Shown one piece after another: positions 11,207 to 21,827 of a stretch of 64,000 bases of DNA. The notes under the pieces were generated by a model. The model made no database searches and was not told the origin of the DNA. It was given only the letters and a program-made list of their open reading frames with translations. Position numbers and translations under genes: made by a program. Source of the DNA: an uncultured Bdellovibrionales bacterium (GTDB taxonomy: Bacteria > Myxococcota > XYA12-FULL-58-9 > JASMKV01); NCBI GenBank assembly GCA_964013445.1, contig CAXGWX010000001.1, forward strand, positions 5,055 to 69,054, read 5' to 3'. Numbering within the stretch: the stretch's first letter is position 1; each line of letters opens with the position of its first letter.

Positions 11207-12546
11207 AAATGAGAGAAGATTTGGTCTAAAATCTCAACCTTCACATCTCTTCCCAGAATTTGCCCCATATATTCGATCGATTCCTGTAGATCCATGGCTA
11301 AAACATCTAAACTTTGGCCAGCATCATAGGCCTCTAAAAGTTGACCAAGGGATGCATCCGCCATCTTCAGTAGCTCCAAATGCCTCTCCCTAACAACAAT
11401 CCCATCACACTCCTCTTCACCTAAGGCATTATAGGAGTTCAACTCTTCAGCCAGATTATCGAGGCCCATTCCGGTCTGTGCGGAAAAAGCTCCAATAAAT
11501 TGTAGCTCCATGGACTTTATGGTCTCCACCAAAGCCATCAACTCATCTTCTGCCAAGAGATCGGACTTCGATACCGCCAATCGAACCGGCAAACTTTCTG
11601 GCGGAAAAACCGGTTTATCCGCTGCCACAAGCCAGAGCGCTAAATCCGCTCGGTTTATCCGCTCAAAACTCAGCTCGATACCTTGCTGCTCTAATTCACT
11701 CGAACCTTCACGGATACCCGCCGTATCCCAGAGAGCCCAACGCTGAGAATCCTGGGCAAACTCCACTCGCACCGGATCTCGAGTGGTGCCTGGATCCTTA
11801 TCAACCAGCACCCGTCGTTCACCGGCAAGCGCATTAAGCAAAGTCGATTTACCAACATTCGGTGCGCCGCAAAGAACGATCTCTCGACCCCGCAGAACAT
11901 CAATTCGAGCCTTCGTTATTTTTTCTTGTATCCTACATCTAATATCGTCTAAGGTCTGCCGGTGACTCGCCACCAACCCGTCACCGCTGGGGTATTCAGG
12001 AAAATCCAGAACCGCTTGCCAGTCCCGTAAAACCCCTTCCATCCCATCAATTAAGTCACTAAGATCACTAGAGAAACTACCACTCAGCTGAGCCCCTGCC
12101 AAACGCAACTCGGAGTCAGATCGGGCCGCTATCAGGTCTGCCACTGCTTCTGCCTGAGCCAGATCCAACTTGCCATTCACATAGGCGCGCAGCGTATATT
12201 CGCCAGGCTGAGCCAGGCGAGCACCCTTCGCCCTCAGCGCAGAACTCAAACGCTCAACAATGATCGGTGCACCATGCAAATGAAATTCAACAATATCCTC
12301 CCCTGTATAGGATCGAGGCGCATGCATCTCCACCACCATGCCCTCATCCAAAAAGCCCTGATTCTCATCCACTATCTTAGTTAATTCGAGACGATGGGAT
12401 TGGCGAGGCTTCACCGATGGCGCGATTTTCTGGGCAATTTCAAGGGCCTCGGGTCCGGCAAGACGCACAATGGCCAGAGCGCCTGCTCCCGGAGCAGTGG
12501 CGCAGGCAAAAATCGTATCCTTAAATGTCGCTACTCCGTATTGCAT
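11191..12546 (-). CDS. mnmE: tRNA modification GTPase MnmE (TrmE)
   Basis: G-domain [20 protein letters not shown] motif and the C-terminal CIGK tetrapeptide characteristic of MnmE. Confidence 0.9.
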   Translation of the reverse strand: MQYGVATFKDTIFACATAPGAGALAIVRLAGPEALEIAQKIAPSVKPRQSHRLELTKIVDENQGFLDEGMVVEMHAPRSYTGEDIVEFHLHGAPIIVERLSSALRAKGARLAQPGEYTLRAYVNGKLDLAQAEAVADLIAARSDSELRLAGAQLSGSFSSDLSDLIDGMEGVLRDWQAVLDFPEYPSGDGLVASHRQTLDDIRCRIQEKITKARIDVLRGREIVLCGAPNVGKSTLLNALAGERRVLVDKDPGTTRDPVRVEFAQDSQRWALWDTAGIREGSSELEQQGIELSFERINRADLALWLVAADKPVFPPESLPVRLAVSKSDLLAEDELMALVETIKSMELQFIGAFSAQTGMGLDNLAEELNSYNALGEEECDGIVVRERHLELLKMADASLGQLLEAYDAGQSLDVLAMDLQESIEYMGQILGRDVKVEILDQIFSHFCIGK

Positions 12547-12692
12547 GCCAAGGAGCGGCTTCTAACACGCCACTTCTTTATTTGGCAATCATTCGCAGCC
12601 AATTGTCGAAGCTCCTTCTGTCCAGAAATTTTTAGGTCATCCCTTGGTTTTCCCTTTACTCCCTCTTAAGCATTTGTAAAATACCCTTCACC

Positions 12693-13592
12693 ATGTTCGA
12701 GCCGCGAAGAAAATATAGCCAACTTATTCTCTGTCTTTTTTGCACTCTGAACTTAGGGGCAGGGCAAGAAAATTCCGAACCAGAGAAAAGCACCAAGGCC
12801 AGCAGAGAAGAGCTACTCGGTGATGATGGCATGAAACTCTTGCAGGAACTTGCTCGAGAGCGGGAAATCAGATCTGAAGATCATAAAGAACAACACTTAT
12901 CCAAAAAGAAAATGCGAGAGCTTTGGGATTATCACGGTGATATTGGTCCCGGACATTGGCATACACTGCACGAGGATTTTATGCTCTGCAACGAAGGCCA
13001 GGCACAGAGTCCAATAGACATCCCTGCCAACACCAACAAAAGCAATCTAAACGTCACTTTTGATTATACCCCAAGCAGCATCGGGTTATTTAACGACGGG
13101 AAGACCGTTTATGTGAACTATTTTGGTAAAGCCAAAATCCTTTTAAAGGGTCGCAAATACAAACTTGTTCGTCTTCTTATGCGCACCCCGAGCGAACACC
13201 ATATTGACGGCAGAGAATACCCAATGGAAATTCAGTTTTACCATCGTTCAGCAGACCAAGGCGTGGCCATGGTCTCCGTATTCGTCCAGCCCGGAGAGAA
13301 AAATCCGCTTCTTGAACAAATCTGGAATGTCATGCCCGAACATCTCAACAGGGAGAATGTTGTTCGAGAGAAAACATTTGATGGGAATAAACTGCTTCCG
13401 GAAGATAGAACCTTTTATTTCTACAGCGGCTCCCTGACAACCCCGCCCTGCACAGAGAATGTGCAGTGGATTATTTTTTCAAATCCAATCCAGGCCAGCC
13501 CTGAGCAGCTTGAAATATTTTCTGCAATACTGAATAATAACATAAGGCCTCTTCAAGAACGCAATAATAGGCCAATACGTATTGACAGTTAA
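12693..13592 (+). CDS. Alpha-class carbonic anhydrase, secreted
   Basis: N-terminal signal-like hydrophobic segment. Alpha-CA hallmarks: SEHHIDGREYPMEIQFYH (zinc-ligand His cluster) and GSLTTPPCTE. Confidence 0.8.
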   Translation: MFEPRRKYSQLILCLFCTLNLGAGQENSEPEKSTKASREELLGDDGMKLLQELAREREIRSEDHKEQHLSKKKMRELWDYHGDIGPGHWHTLHEDFMLCNEGQAQSPIDIPANTNKSNLNVTFDYTPSSIGLFNDGKTVYVNYFGKAKILLKGRKYKLVRLLMRTPSEHHIDGREYPMEIQFYHRSADQGVAMVSVFVQPGEKNPLLEQIWNVMPEHLNRENVVREKTFDGNKLLPEDRTFYFYSGSLTTPPCTENVQWIIFSNPIQASPEQLEIFSAILNNNIRPLQERNNRPIRIDS

Positions 13593-13613
13593 TCTTCAAC
13601 CTTCGAGCAGCTT

Positions 13614-15077
13614 TTGAGCATTAAAAAATCCGTACATCCGAAAAACATGCCCGGCATCCACCCTGGTCTGCAGCAAAAGATCAAAGAGGCGGAAGAGGCG
13701 GAAATCCGCGGAGAGTCCCCCAAACAATATGGAGGAGTGCAAAAGGTAACCCGACCCGCCTTACCGGCAGAAAATATTCATCGTGTCGCCCAGGCACGAA
13801 CCATCGGACTTGTGGAGTCCGCTTATCAAGCCACACAGGACGTACTTCTCGATTTGGCCAAACAAGCCCCCTTTCGGCCCGGGGAAAATCTTGATGATAT
13901 ATGGGACAGTTTAAGTGAAGAACAGAAGGTGCAGGCGGGAGCAACCGAGCGGTTTCGCCTCGAATTTGAAGCAACCATCGCCAGCGCCCTAAAAAATTGG
14001 CAACCACCCCATCAAATTGGTGGCAGACTCGATGCCCGCGCCTTAGGCAGAAGCCAACACAATATTGAAAATCTTATTGATGCCTGCCAATTTTTACTCG
14101 CTCCAGACAGCTCTGAACTTCTTGAGCGGTTCAATCGCGAAAACCATGCCCTTGTCGACACCTGTTTAAAGCAGCGTACCTTGCAAGGTGTTCCTGCGTT
14201 GGAAATGCATATTATTCTTGAGGACTGGGTGAAAAAACTTATCTACCTGGAGCTCGTATCCCGACAAAGGCGCCAGGGGGATCGTGGAATTCGCTACACA
14301 TATGGATTGATTGAACACGGCGAAAAATGCCTCAAGGCCTTTAAAGCCTATCCTGATTTTAGCCCTAAAGAGCTCTTCTGTCTGCGCCTTATTCAGGTCC
14401 ATCAAAATCTGGGCTTTACCGCATATGCGGCAAGAAGCAGCTACAGGGGTGGAAAACTCTATCGAGCCTATGGGGCACGGATATTTACAGACGAAATCAA
14501 CCGCTACCGGCAAGTGCTCACCCATAATGAGGTTGAACTCATACGAAGTGCCATCATCACACAGCGCACCCCGGACTTTCCTTTTCAGGAAGAAAGGGTG
14601 CTCGCCAGCACGCGCCTGGCCTATTTCTTGAGCCCATTTAATCCCCATGCCGTACATCTGCGCATCAGAGATATCAGCGATGCTCTCGATTATCTGCAAG
14701 ACATGCGCGAACGAATAGAAAAAAATGATTTTTCCGGACTCCAGGCCGCTCAAGACTCCTTTGCTCGTTTCCTGCGAGAGGACGCCAATCTAAGCCTGCC
14801 TCTGAGCGAAGATATCATGGCCGCGTTTTTTCCCTATGGCTTATCAAAGGAGCCCCTGCAAAAAACGCTGCTTAAAGGAACCACCAAGGACCTTAGGTTT
14901 GCCGATGGCAATACAAGTCTTACTTTGGAAATTGTTACTAACGAATATCAAGATCAATACGATGCACTCTTTGCCATTGGCCATGAACGCATCGAAGAGG
15001 TGTTGGAAAGTTCTGCCTCAACAAAAGAATCGGAAGCGGATCTTTCCATAAAATGCCTTACCATTAACGTCTCCTAA
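13614..15077 (+). CDS. Hypothetical protein, no recognisable domain
   Basis: 487-aa uninterrupted ORF. The listed start is TTG; the first ATG is at 13647. No motif I can assign. A long antisense ORF (14166..14753) also exists, so this call is cautious. Confidence 0.4.
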   Translation: MSIKKSVHPKNMPGIHPGLQQKIKEAEEAEIRGESPKQYGGVQKVTRPALPAENIHRVAQARTIGLVESAYQATQDVLLDLAKQAPFRPGENLDDIWDSLSEEQKVQAGATERFRLEFEATIASALKNWQPPHQIGGRLDARALGRSQHNIENLIDACQFLLAPDSSELLERFNRENHALVDTCLKQRTLQGVPALEMHIILEDWVKKLIYLELVSRQRRQGDRGIRYTYGLIEHGEKCLKAFKAYPDFSPKELFCLRLIQVHQNLGFTAYAARSSYRGGKLYRAYGARIFTDEINRYRQVLTHNEVELIRSAIITQRTPDFPFQEERVLASTRLAYFLSPFNPHAVHLRIRDISDALDYLQDMRERIEKNDFSGLQAAQDSFARFLREDANLSLPLSEDIMAAFFPYGLSKEPLQKTLLKGTTKDLRFADGNTSLTLEIVTNEYQDQYDALFAIGHERIEEVLESSASTKESEADLSIKCLTINVS

Positions 15078-15145
15078 CCAGAAATTCACACTTTGATTTC
15101 TTCTATCTAATCACATATGCTTGCGGTTTAAGGGTATATATCACC

Positions 15146-16480
15146 ATGAATATAACCATCATAGGTACCGGGTATGTGGGCTTAGTCACAGGCGTCTGTC
15201 TCGCTGAGATGGGGCACCATGTCTGCTGTCATGATATTGATGAAGAAAAGATTAGTGCGCTTGCCGCAGGACAGCCACCAATTTACGAAAGAGGGCTCAG
15301 CGAGCTCCTTAAAAAAAATATCCACAATCAAAAGCTTAGCTTTAATAAAGACATCGGCGAGGCATTAAAAAATTGTGATATTTGTTTTATATGCGTTGGC
15401 ACACCGCCAGATGAAAACGGAAAGCCAAATCTGAGCGCCCTGTTTAGCGCCGTCCATGATATTACGGACAATCTCGAACATCAGTGCATCATAGCAATCA
15501 AATCCACCGTCCCGGTTGGCACTTGCGAACGGGTGTGTCAAACGATGAACAATGCGCTGTCTCAACAGGGAAAGAGTTTTCATATCGACGTTGTTTCGAA
15601 TCCAGAATTCTTGAAAGAAGGGGTTGCGATTGAAGACTTTATGCGACCGGATCGCATTATCGTTGGCGTGGAAAAACAAAGTTCGCTCAAGATAATGCGA
15701 TCGCTCTATCGAGATTTTATCCGTAATGGTCACGCCTTTTTATCCATGTCCCTCCATTCCGCAGAAATGACCAAGTACGCCGCCAATGCAATGCTCGCTA
15801 CCCGCATCTCTTTTATCAACGAAATAGCACGGCTCTGCGAATACACCGGAGCAGATATACGAGATGTCCGCTCTGGAATCGGTTCGGATAAACGCATAGG
15901 TATGAGCTTTCTTTATCCCGGTCTGGGCTACGGAGGCTCCTGCTTTCCTAAGGATGTTCAGGCTCTCATTAGCTTAGGAAAGGAAATGGATGACCCACCG
16001 CAAATATTGAATGCGGCCCATGCGGTAAATGAAAATCAATGGCTCCGGTTTGCCAAAAAGATATCGGAGCATGTAAAAAACTTTTCAAATCCCACCGTAA
16101 GTGTTTGGGGGTTGGCCTTTAAACCTAATACTGACGATATCCGGGAGGCCCCAGCCCTGAAAATTATTGAGCACCTCCTGCAACAAAAAATAACGGTTAA
16201 GGCCTATGACCCCTTGGCTATCACAAATGCCAAGCACGCCTTGCCCGACAACTCCCACCTTAGCTTTAGCCCAAGTGCACTTGAGGCCACACAAGGAGCG
16301 GACGCTCTGGTCATTGCGACCGAGTGGGGAGAATTTCGTAACCCTGATTTTTCAAAACTTAAAGACGGAATGCGACATCAAGTCCTTTTTGACGGCCGCA
16401 ATTTATTTGAACCGGATGAAGTACACGCGCAAGGGTTTGAATACCACTGGATAGGGCAGCATCGTGGCAAAAACGTTTAA
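15146..16480 (+). CDS. ugd: UDP-glucose 6-dehydrogenase family (nucleotide-sugar dehydrogenase)
   Basis: N-terminal Rossmann ITIIGTGYVGLVTGVCLAEMGH and catalytic GGSCFPKD motif. 444 aa. Confidence 0.85.
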   Translation: MNITIIGTGYVGLVTGVCLAEMGHHVCCHDIDEEKISALAAGQPPIYERGLSELLKKNIHNQKLSFNKDIGEALKNCDICFICVGTPPDENGKPNLSALFSAVHDITDNLEHQCIIAIKSTVPVGTCERVCQTMNNALSQQGKSFHIDVVSNPEFLKEGVAIEDFMRPDRIIVGVEKQSSLKIMRSLYRDFIRNGHAFLSMSLHSAEMTKYAANAMLATRISFINEIARLCEYTGADIRDVRSGIGSDKRIGMSFLYPGLGYGGSCFPKDVQALISLGKEMDDPPQILNAAHAVNENQWLRFAKKISEHVKNFSNPTVSVWGLAFKPNTDDIREAPALKIIEHLLQQKITVKAYDPLAITNAKHALPDNSHLSFSPSALEATQGADALVIATEWGEFRNPDFSKLKDGMRHQVLFDGRNLFEPDEVHAQGFEYHWIGQHRGKNV

Positions 16481-17675
16481 AGACATTAACGCGAATATCG
16501 CGATTATTGGTGGCTGTGGGCACGTTGGTCTGCCTTTGGGACTAGCTCTCGCCAACGCAGGGCAAAAGGTTATTGCCTTTGATATCAATGCAGAGAAAGT
16601 AGAGAGTACCAATCAGGGCCGTATGCCTTTTCGAGATCAAGGCGCAGATGAATTGCTTAAAGAAGTGCTCGCACAAGAACGTTTCCTCTGCACTACAGAG
16701 CGAGAGTGTCTCAAAGATGTAGAAGTCATCATTTCCGTTACCGGTACACCAGTGGACGAGCATCTTAATCCGCGCCTTGACGATATTCAACAGGCCCTGC
16801 TTTCCTGTGCGGAGATGTTTAACTCGAAACAGCTCTTGGTTTTACGTTCGACAATTTATCCAGGTACGACAAAGCATATTGAAGAAGAGCTGCAACGCCG
16901 CGGGCTTGCTATGGATGTAGCCTTTTGCCCTGAACGGGTGGCCGAAGGCTATGCGCTCGAAGAAATAAGATCTTTACCGCAAATTGTTTCCGGCTGTAGC
17001 CGGCAAGCTGAAGATCGGGCAGCCAAACTCTTTGCTCTACTCACCCAGGATATTGTTCGGCTGGATCCGCTCTCCGCCGAGCTTGCCAAATTGTTTACAA
17101 ACACTTGGCGCTACGTGCAATTTGCCGTGTCTAACCAGTTTTTCACCATGGCCAATGATTATGGCGCGGATTTTTATGCGATCCACGAGGCTATGACCCA
17201 CAACTATAAGCGAACTCAGGGGTTTCCCACGGCCGGCTTTGCCGCTGGCCCATGCCTCTTAAAAGACACAATGCAATTATCCGCGTTTCATAAAAACAAT
17301 TTTTTTCTTGGGCATGCTGCCATGCTGGTGAACGAAGGCTTGCCGAATTATCTTGTTGGGCGCCTGCAGGAAAAGTTCGACCTTAGCAAGATGTGTGTTG
17401 GCCTCTTGGGAATGACATTTAAAGCGGATAGCGACGACATACGTGATTCCCTGTCTTTTAAACTTCGTCGGCAACTTAGAAACAGCTGCGGCCAGCTTAT
17501 TTGTCATGACCCCTACCTTGATGATGATTGGCTTTCCCCACTCGATGAGGTGCTTGAGCGCTCCGACATACTGGTGGTCGGCGCACCGCATAACGTTTAT
17601 AAAGAACTCGACTGGCCGGACAAGAACATCGTTGATGTATGGAATATCTCGCCAAAAAGGATGAAGATTCTATGA
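16464..17675 (+). CDS. Second nucleotide-sugar dehydrogenase (UDP-glucose/GDP-mannose dehydrogenase family, WecC-like)
   Basis: IAIIGGCGHVGLPLGLALA Rossmann N-terminus. Family-typical length (403 aa). Overlaps the upstream dehydrogenase by 17 nt. Confidence 0.7.
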   Translation: MAKTFKDINANIAIIGGCGHVGLPLGLALANAGQKVIAFDINAEKVESTNQGRMPFRDQGADELLKEVLAQERFLCTTERECLKDVEVIISVTGTPVDEHLNPRLDDIQQALLSCAEMFNSKQLLVLRSTIYPGTTKHIEEELQRRGLAMDVAFCPERVAEGYALEEIRSLPQIVSGCSRQAEDRAAKLFALLTQDIVRLDPLSAELAKLFTNTWRYVQFAVSNQFFTMANDYGADFYAIHEAMTHNYKRTQGFPTAGFAAGPCLLKDTMQLSAFHKNNFFLGHAAMLVNEGLPNYLVGRLQEKFDLSKMCVGLLGMTFKADSDDIRDSLSFKLRRQLRNSCGQLICHDPYLDDDWLSPLDEVLERSDILVVGAPHNVYKELDWPDKNIVDVWNISPKRMKIL

Positions 17676-18691
17676 AAGTTCTTGTCACCGGTGCGGCTGG
17701 ATTTATTGCCGGCTATTTGATTGAGGAGCTTTTAGAGAACAACCATGAGGTTATCGGTCTGGATAACTTTTCAAAATATGGTCAACTGGAAAAGTCCTAC
17801 GATACGAATTCGCAGTACCGCTTCGTTCAAGGAGATGCAAAGGATCCGAAACTTTTAAAAGAGCTCTTGAGCGATTGCGACCATTTTGTCGCCGCCGCCG
17901 CAATGATTGGCGGGATTTCCTATTTTCATGAATATGCCTACGACCTTCTCGCGGAAAACGAACGTATTACCTCCGCTGCCTTCGATGCCGCCATAGATGC
18001 TCATCAAAACAACAGACTGCAAAAGATTACACTCCTTTCATCCTCCATGGTCTTCGAATCAACAGATACCTACCCATCTAAGGAAGGTGATGAGCTAAAA
18101 GTGCCACCGCCCCTTTCAACTTATGGTTTTCAAAAACTGGCCACTGAATATTTTGCACGAGGCGCCTGGCAGCAATATAAGTTACCCTATACAATTGTTC
18201 GCCCCTTTAATTGTGTCGGCATCGGCGAGCGTCGGGCCTTAGGTGATGTTGATATCCGCTCGGGAAATATCAAACTGGCCTTAAGTCATGTTGTTCCCGA
18301 CTTGGTGCAAAAAGTTCTGAAAGGCCAAAACCCACTGCATATTCTTGGGGATGGCTCGCAAATTCGGCACTATACCTATGGTGGTGACTTGGCCCGCGGC
18401 ATTCGCTTATGCATGGAGCACCCAAAAGCCACAAATGAGGATTTTAATATCTCCACGGCCCGCTCCACCACCGTTCAAGAGCTGGCGGAGATCATTTGGA
18501 ACAAGATCAATGGGCAAAAGGAATTCCAACTCATTCACGATGAACCCTTCGCTCATGATGTGCAAAAACGGGTCCCATGCACCCAAAAAGCAAAAGATTT
18601 ACTGGGGTTTGAAGCGACAACATCCCTCGAAGATATTCTCGATGAAGTCATTCCCTGGATACAAGAACAAATTCACTTGGATAACATTTAA
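17672..18691 (+). CDS. NAD-dependent nucleotide-sugar epimerase/dehydratase (SDR family)
   Basis: MKVLVTGAAGFIAGYL glycine-rich start with an AAGGA RBS 11 nt upstream. The listed ORF start at 17639 is probably an upstream extension. YxxxK catalytic pair (YGFQK). Confidence 0.75.
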   Translation: MKVLVTGAAGFIAGYLIEELLENNHEVIGLDNFSKYGQLEKSYDTNSQYRFVQGDAKDPKLLKELLSDCDHFVAAAAMIGGISYFHEYAYDLLAENERITSAAFDAAIDAHQNNRLQKITLLSSSMVFESTDTYPSKEGDELKVPPPLSTYGFQKLATEYFARGAWQQYKLPYTIVRPFNCVGIGERRALGDVDIRSGNIKLALSHVVPDLVQKVLKGQNPLHILGDGSQIRHYTYGGDLARGIRLCMEHPKATNEDFNISTARSTTVQELAEIIWNKINGQKEFQLIHDEPFAHDVQKRVPCTQKAKDLLGFEATTSLEDILDEVIPWIQEQIHLDNI

Positions 18692-18709
18692 ACTCCTGAG
18701 CAAGTATTA

Positions 18710-19909
18710 ATGACTCGAGTACCACTTTTAGATCTCACACGCTTTAGCGACGATGAAGAACTGGAATATATCGAGAAGTTTAGATCCTTTATTCGCTCAG
18801 GCCAATACATCATGGGTCCGGAGGTTGAAAAGCTCGAGGAAGAGTGTGCCACCTATTGCGAAACGAAATATTCTCTTGGTGTATCTTCGGGAACCGATGC
18901 TCTACTCCTGGCCCTTATGGCCCTAGGTGTCGGTGATGGGGATGAGGTAATCTGTCCAAGCTATACTTTTTTTGCCACTGCAGGATGCATCTGGCGCAGT
19001 GGAGCCAAACCGGTTTTTGTAGACTCTTGCTTGTCTGACTACAATATCGACTGCAACAAACTAGAAGACGCCATCACTGAACGGACCAAAGCCATTATTC
19101 CGGTACACCTCTTCGGGCAATGCGCCGACATGGATAGGCTCATGCCGATTGCAGAAAAGCACAATCTCTATGTCATTGAAGATGCAGCCCAAGCCATCGG
19201 CGCAGAAATGCACTATCAAGGTAAAATTCGCAAAGCTGGAAGCGTAGGCCATTTCGGCTGCTTTTCGTTCTTTCCAACAAAAAATCTTGGTGGCTTTGGC
19301 GACGGCGGATTGATTAGCACAAATGATCTGGAGCTATACAATCGAGCCAAAATCATGCGTGTGCATGGAGGGGAACCGAAATATTACCATCAAGTTGTCG
19401 GAGGAAATTTTCGCTTGGACCCTTTGCAGGCTACACTTCTTAGACCGAGGCTCAAAAAACTCGATACATGGACAAAAGCACGCCAAGAAAATGCGTCTCT
19501 CTATAAGACACTGCTACTTAAAACGGGCATTGCTGAAATACTCGAGCCAAATACCACCCTGGAGGAAATCCAAAAAAGTCAAAGCATATTTCTCCCGGTA
19601 GAGACTCAGCCCCGACATATTTACAATCAATTTACCTTACTCCTCCCCAATAAGGCCTGGAGAGATGCATTGCGACAAAAACTAGCGGAAGCGCAAATAG
19701 GGTGCGAAATTTATTACCCGGTGCCCCTGCACAAACAGGAGTGCTTCGCTTCTCTTGCAAGCTCTTCCACATCATTGCCCATGGCTGAATTTGCCGCCGA
19801 TCGAAGTTGCGCCATACCGATCTTCCCCGATCTGCGCGAGGAAGAAATACTCTATGTTGTAGAAAACATTAAAAATGCATTTTTAGGAATAAAAAGCAGA
19901 GGACAATAA
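18710..19909 (+). CDS. DegT/DnrJ/EryC1/StrS-family PLP-dependent sugar aminotransferase
   Basis: GPEVEKLEEE...SLGVSSGTDAL N-terminal pattern and a lysine-containing FSFFPTKNLG PLP-site motif. Confidence 0.8.
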   Translation: MTRVPLLDLTRFSDDEELEYIEKFRSFIRSGQYIMGPEVEKLEEECATYCETKYSLGVSSGTDALLLALMALGVGDGDEVICPSYTFFATAGCIWRSGAKPVFVDSCLSDYNIDCNKLEDAITERTKAIIPVHLFGQCADMDRLMPIAEKHNLYVIEDAAQAIGAEMHYQGKIRKAGSVGHFGCFSFFPTKNLGGFGDGGLISTNDLELYNRAKIMRVHGGEPKYYHQVVGGNFRLDPLQATLLRPRLKKLDTWTKARQENASLYKTLLLKTGIAEILEPNTTLEEIQKSQSIFLPVETQPRHIYNQFTLLLPNKAWRDALRQKLAEAQIGCEIYYPVPLHKQECFASLASSSTSLPMAEFAADRSCAIPIFPDLREEEILYVVENIKNAFLGIKSRGQ

Positions 19910-19931
19910 AAGGCCGCCTGCGTAGCAAAGC

Positions 19932-20798
19932 TTACTCGGAGGCTATCCGGCAAAGATACTGCCCATAATCGGATTTTCCTAAAGACTCACCTAAAGCATT
20001 AAGGGCATCTCGATCGATAAAACCCATTCTATAGGCAACTTCTTCTATACAACCTATTCTTAAGCCTTGCCGCTGCTCTACGGTCGAAATGAAATTGGCA
20101 GCATCAATGAGGGTTTTAGGCTGCCCCGTATCCAGCCATGCTGTCCCTCGACCCATCACCTCAACACGCAACTCACCACGATCCAAATAGTGCTTATTAA
20201 TATCTGTGATTTCCAGTTCTCCACGAGGTGAAGGCTTGAGGCCTTCGGCCACTTTCACCACCTCATTATCGTAAAAATAGATTCCGGGAACCGCATAGTT
20301 TGAGCGAGGGTCGGCAGGCTTCTCTTCTAAGCCAACCGCCTTACCCGAGTCATCGAACTCAACAACACCGTAATCGCTTGGATTGCTCACATAGTAAGCG
20401 AAAATTGTTGCCCCAGACTTGAGCTGGCTGGACTCCTGTAACTGCCTGGCTAAACCTTGCCCGTAAAAGATATTATCGCCGAGGATAAGAGCAACTGAGT
20501 CATCACCTATAAACTCTTTGCCAATTGTAAAAGCTTGCGCCAAACCGTCTGGACTCGGTTGCACAGCATAAGAAAAATTGACTCCCAAGCTTTCCCCATC
20601 GCCTAAGAGATTTTGAAAGCCTGGCAAATCTCTGGGCGTAGAGATGACGAGAATATCCTTACACCCGGCCAGCATAATTGTAGAAAGCGGATAATAAATC
20701 ATTGGCTTGTCGTAAACAGGCATGAGCTGTTTAGAAACCGCCAGAGTTAAGGGGTAGAGCCTTGTCCCTGAACCGCCTGCTAAAATAATTGCTTTCAT
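19932..20798 (-). CDS. rfbA: Glucose-1-phosphate thymidylyltransferase RmlA
   Basis: [18 protein letters not shown] signature N-terminus. 288 aa. Confidence 0.85.
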   Translation of the reverse strand: MKAIILAGGSGTRLYPLTLAVSKQLMPVYDKPMIYYPLSTIMLAGCKDILVISTPRDLPGFQNLLGDGESLGVNFSYAVQPSPDGLAQAFTIGKEFIGDDSVALILGDNIFYGQGLARQLQESSQLKSGATIFAYYVSNPSDYGVVEFDDSGKAVGLEEKPADPRSNYAVPGIYFYDNEVVKVAEGLKPSPRGELEITDINKHYLDRGELRVEVMGRGTAWLDTGQPKTLIDAANFISTVEQRQGLRIGCIEEVAYRMGFIDRDALNALGESLGKSDYGQYLCRIASE

Positions 20799-20826
20799 AT
20801 AATCCTAAGGCTTGAAATTAATCTTC

Positions 20827-21813
20827 TTAAAGAAATCTTGCTATCGGTTTGTAGCTCTTACCAATTACTCTTGCAAGGTTCTGCCAAAAGATCCTTTGGA
20901 TTTCAAAGTAATTCGCCTGCCTTAAAGAGTGGGAGAATGCCCCAAAAAGACTCCTCTCACACCATCCCCATTTACCCCGCAAAACCAGATCTGTCTCCGC
21001 CAAGGTATCAGAACCCGTCTTTTCCAGGGAAAAACTCAATAAATAGTCGAGAAAACGATAACAACGCTGCATGCGCCAAAGCACATAGCGAACCGGTCCT
21101 AAATACTGTGTATCACAGAGGGTTTCATCAAGCACCCAGGCATAGGACCGCTTCATACGCAGAACGTCTTCTGACATATTTCTTCCTGTCCATCGATTAT
21201 GCACAACGATCTCATTTTGGCATTCTATCTGAAAGCCTCTGATGGCCAAACGCAGCCAAAAATCCCAATCTTCACACCCGTAAATAGAAAAAAGACTACT
21301 GCTCGATTCTTTAAATCCACCGACCTCATTCAGCACTTCGCGTTTTATCAATGCGGCATTAATCAGAATAAAATTTCGAACCAAGAGCGTTGAGAGCAAG
21401 GTCCCTTCAGGAAGCGGATACTCCACCTCAACCTCTTGATTATTCTTAAAATAGCGCCCCAGGCCATAAGTCGCTGCCACATTTTTGTTTCCCTGCATAA
21501 AAGAGACTTGGTTTTGCAACTTCTCCGGTAACAACTTGTCATCCGCATCAAGAAACTGAACCAAAGATCCAGTGGTTGCGCTTAGCCCTACATTGCGTGC
21601 TGCGGATAGGCCTAGCTGCTGCTGATTGACAAAAAATATTTGTGGAAAACGCTCAGAATAGGATTCTATAATTTCACCAGTTCGGTCGCTAGAACCATCA
21701 TTAACAATACAAAGTTCCCAATTTGAAAAAGTTTGCGCGAGGACAGAATCAATCGCCTCAGCAATCGTACTCTCTTCATTGTGGGCTGTTATAATAACCG
21801 AAACGTCAGGCAT
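20827..21813 (-). CDS. Glycosyltransferase family 2
   Basis: VSVIITAHNEE...DSVLAQT...IVNDGSSD...DADD GT-A motifs. Confidence 0.75.
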   Translation of the reverse strand: MPDVSVIITAHNEESTIAEAIDSVLAQTFSNWELCIVNDGSSDRTGEIIESYSERFPQIFFVNQQQLGLSAARNVGLSATTGSLVQFLDADDKLLPEKLQNQVSFMQGNKNVAATYGLGRYFKNNQEVEVEYPLPEGTLLSTLLVRNFILINAALIKREVLNEVGGFKESSSSLFSIYGCEDWDFWLRLAIRGFQIECQNEIVVHNRWTGRNMSEDVLRMKRSYAWVLDETLCDTQYLGPVRYVLWRMQRCYRFLDYLLSFSLEKTGSDTLAETDLVLRGKWGWCERSLFGAFSHSLRQANYFEIQRIFWQNLARVIGKSYKPIARFL

Positions 21814-21827
21814 AGCTATTGTGGAAT

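Noticed and set aside
14166-14753. 195-aa antisense ORF inside the 487-aa hypothetical gene
   Set aside because: No start context or motif. The sense ORF is 2.5 times longer. It is kept only as a caveat on that gene call.
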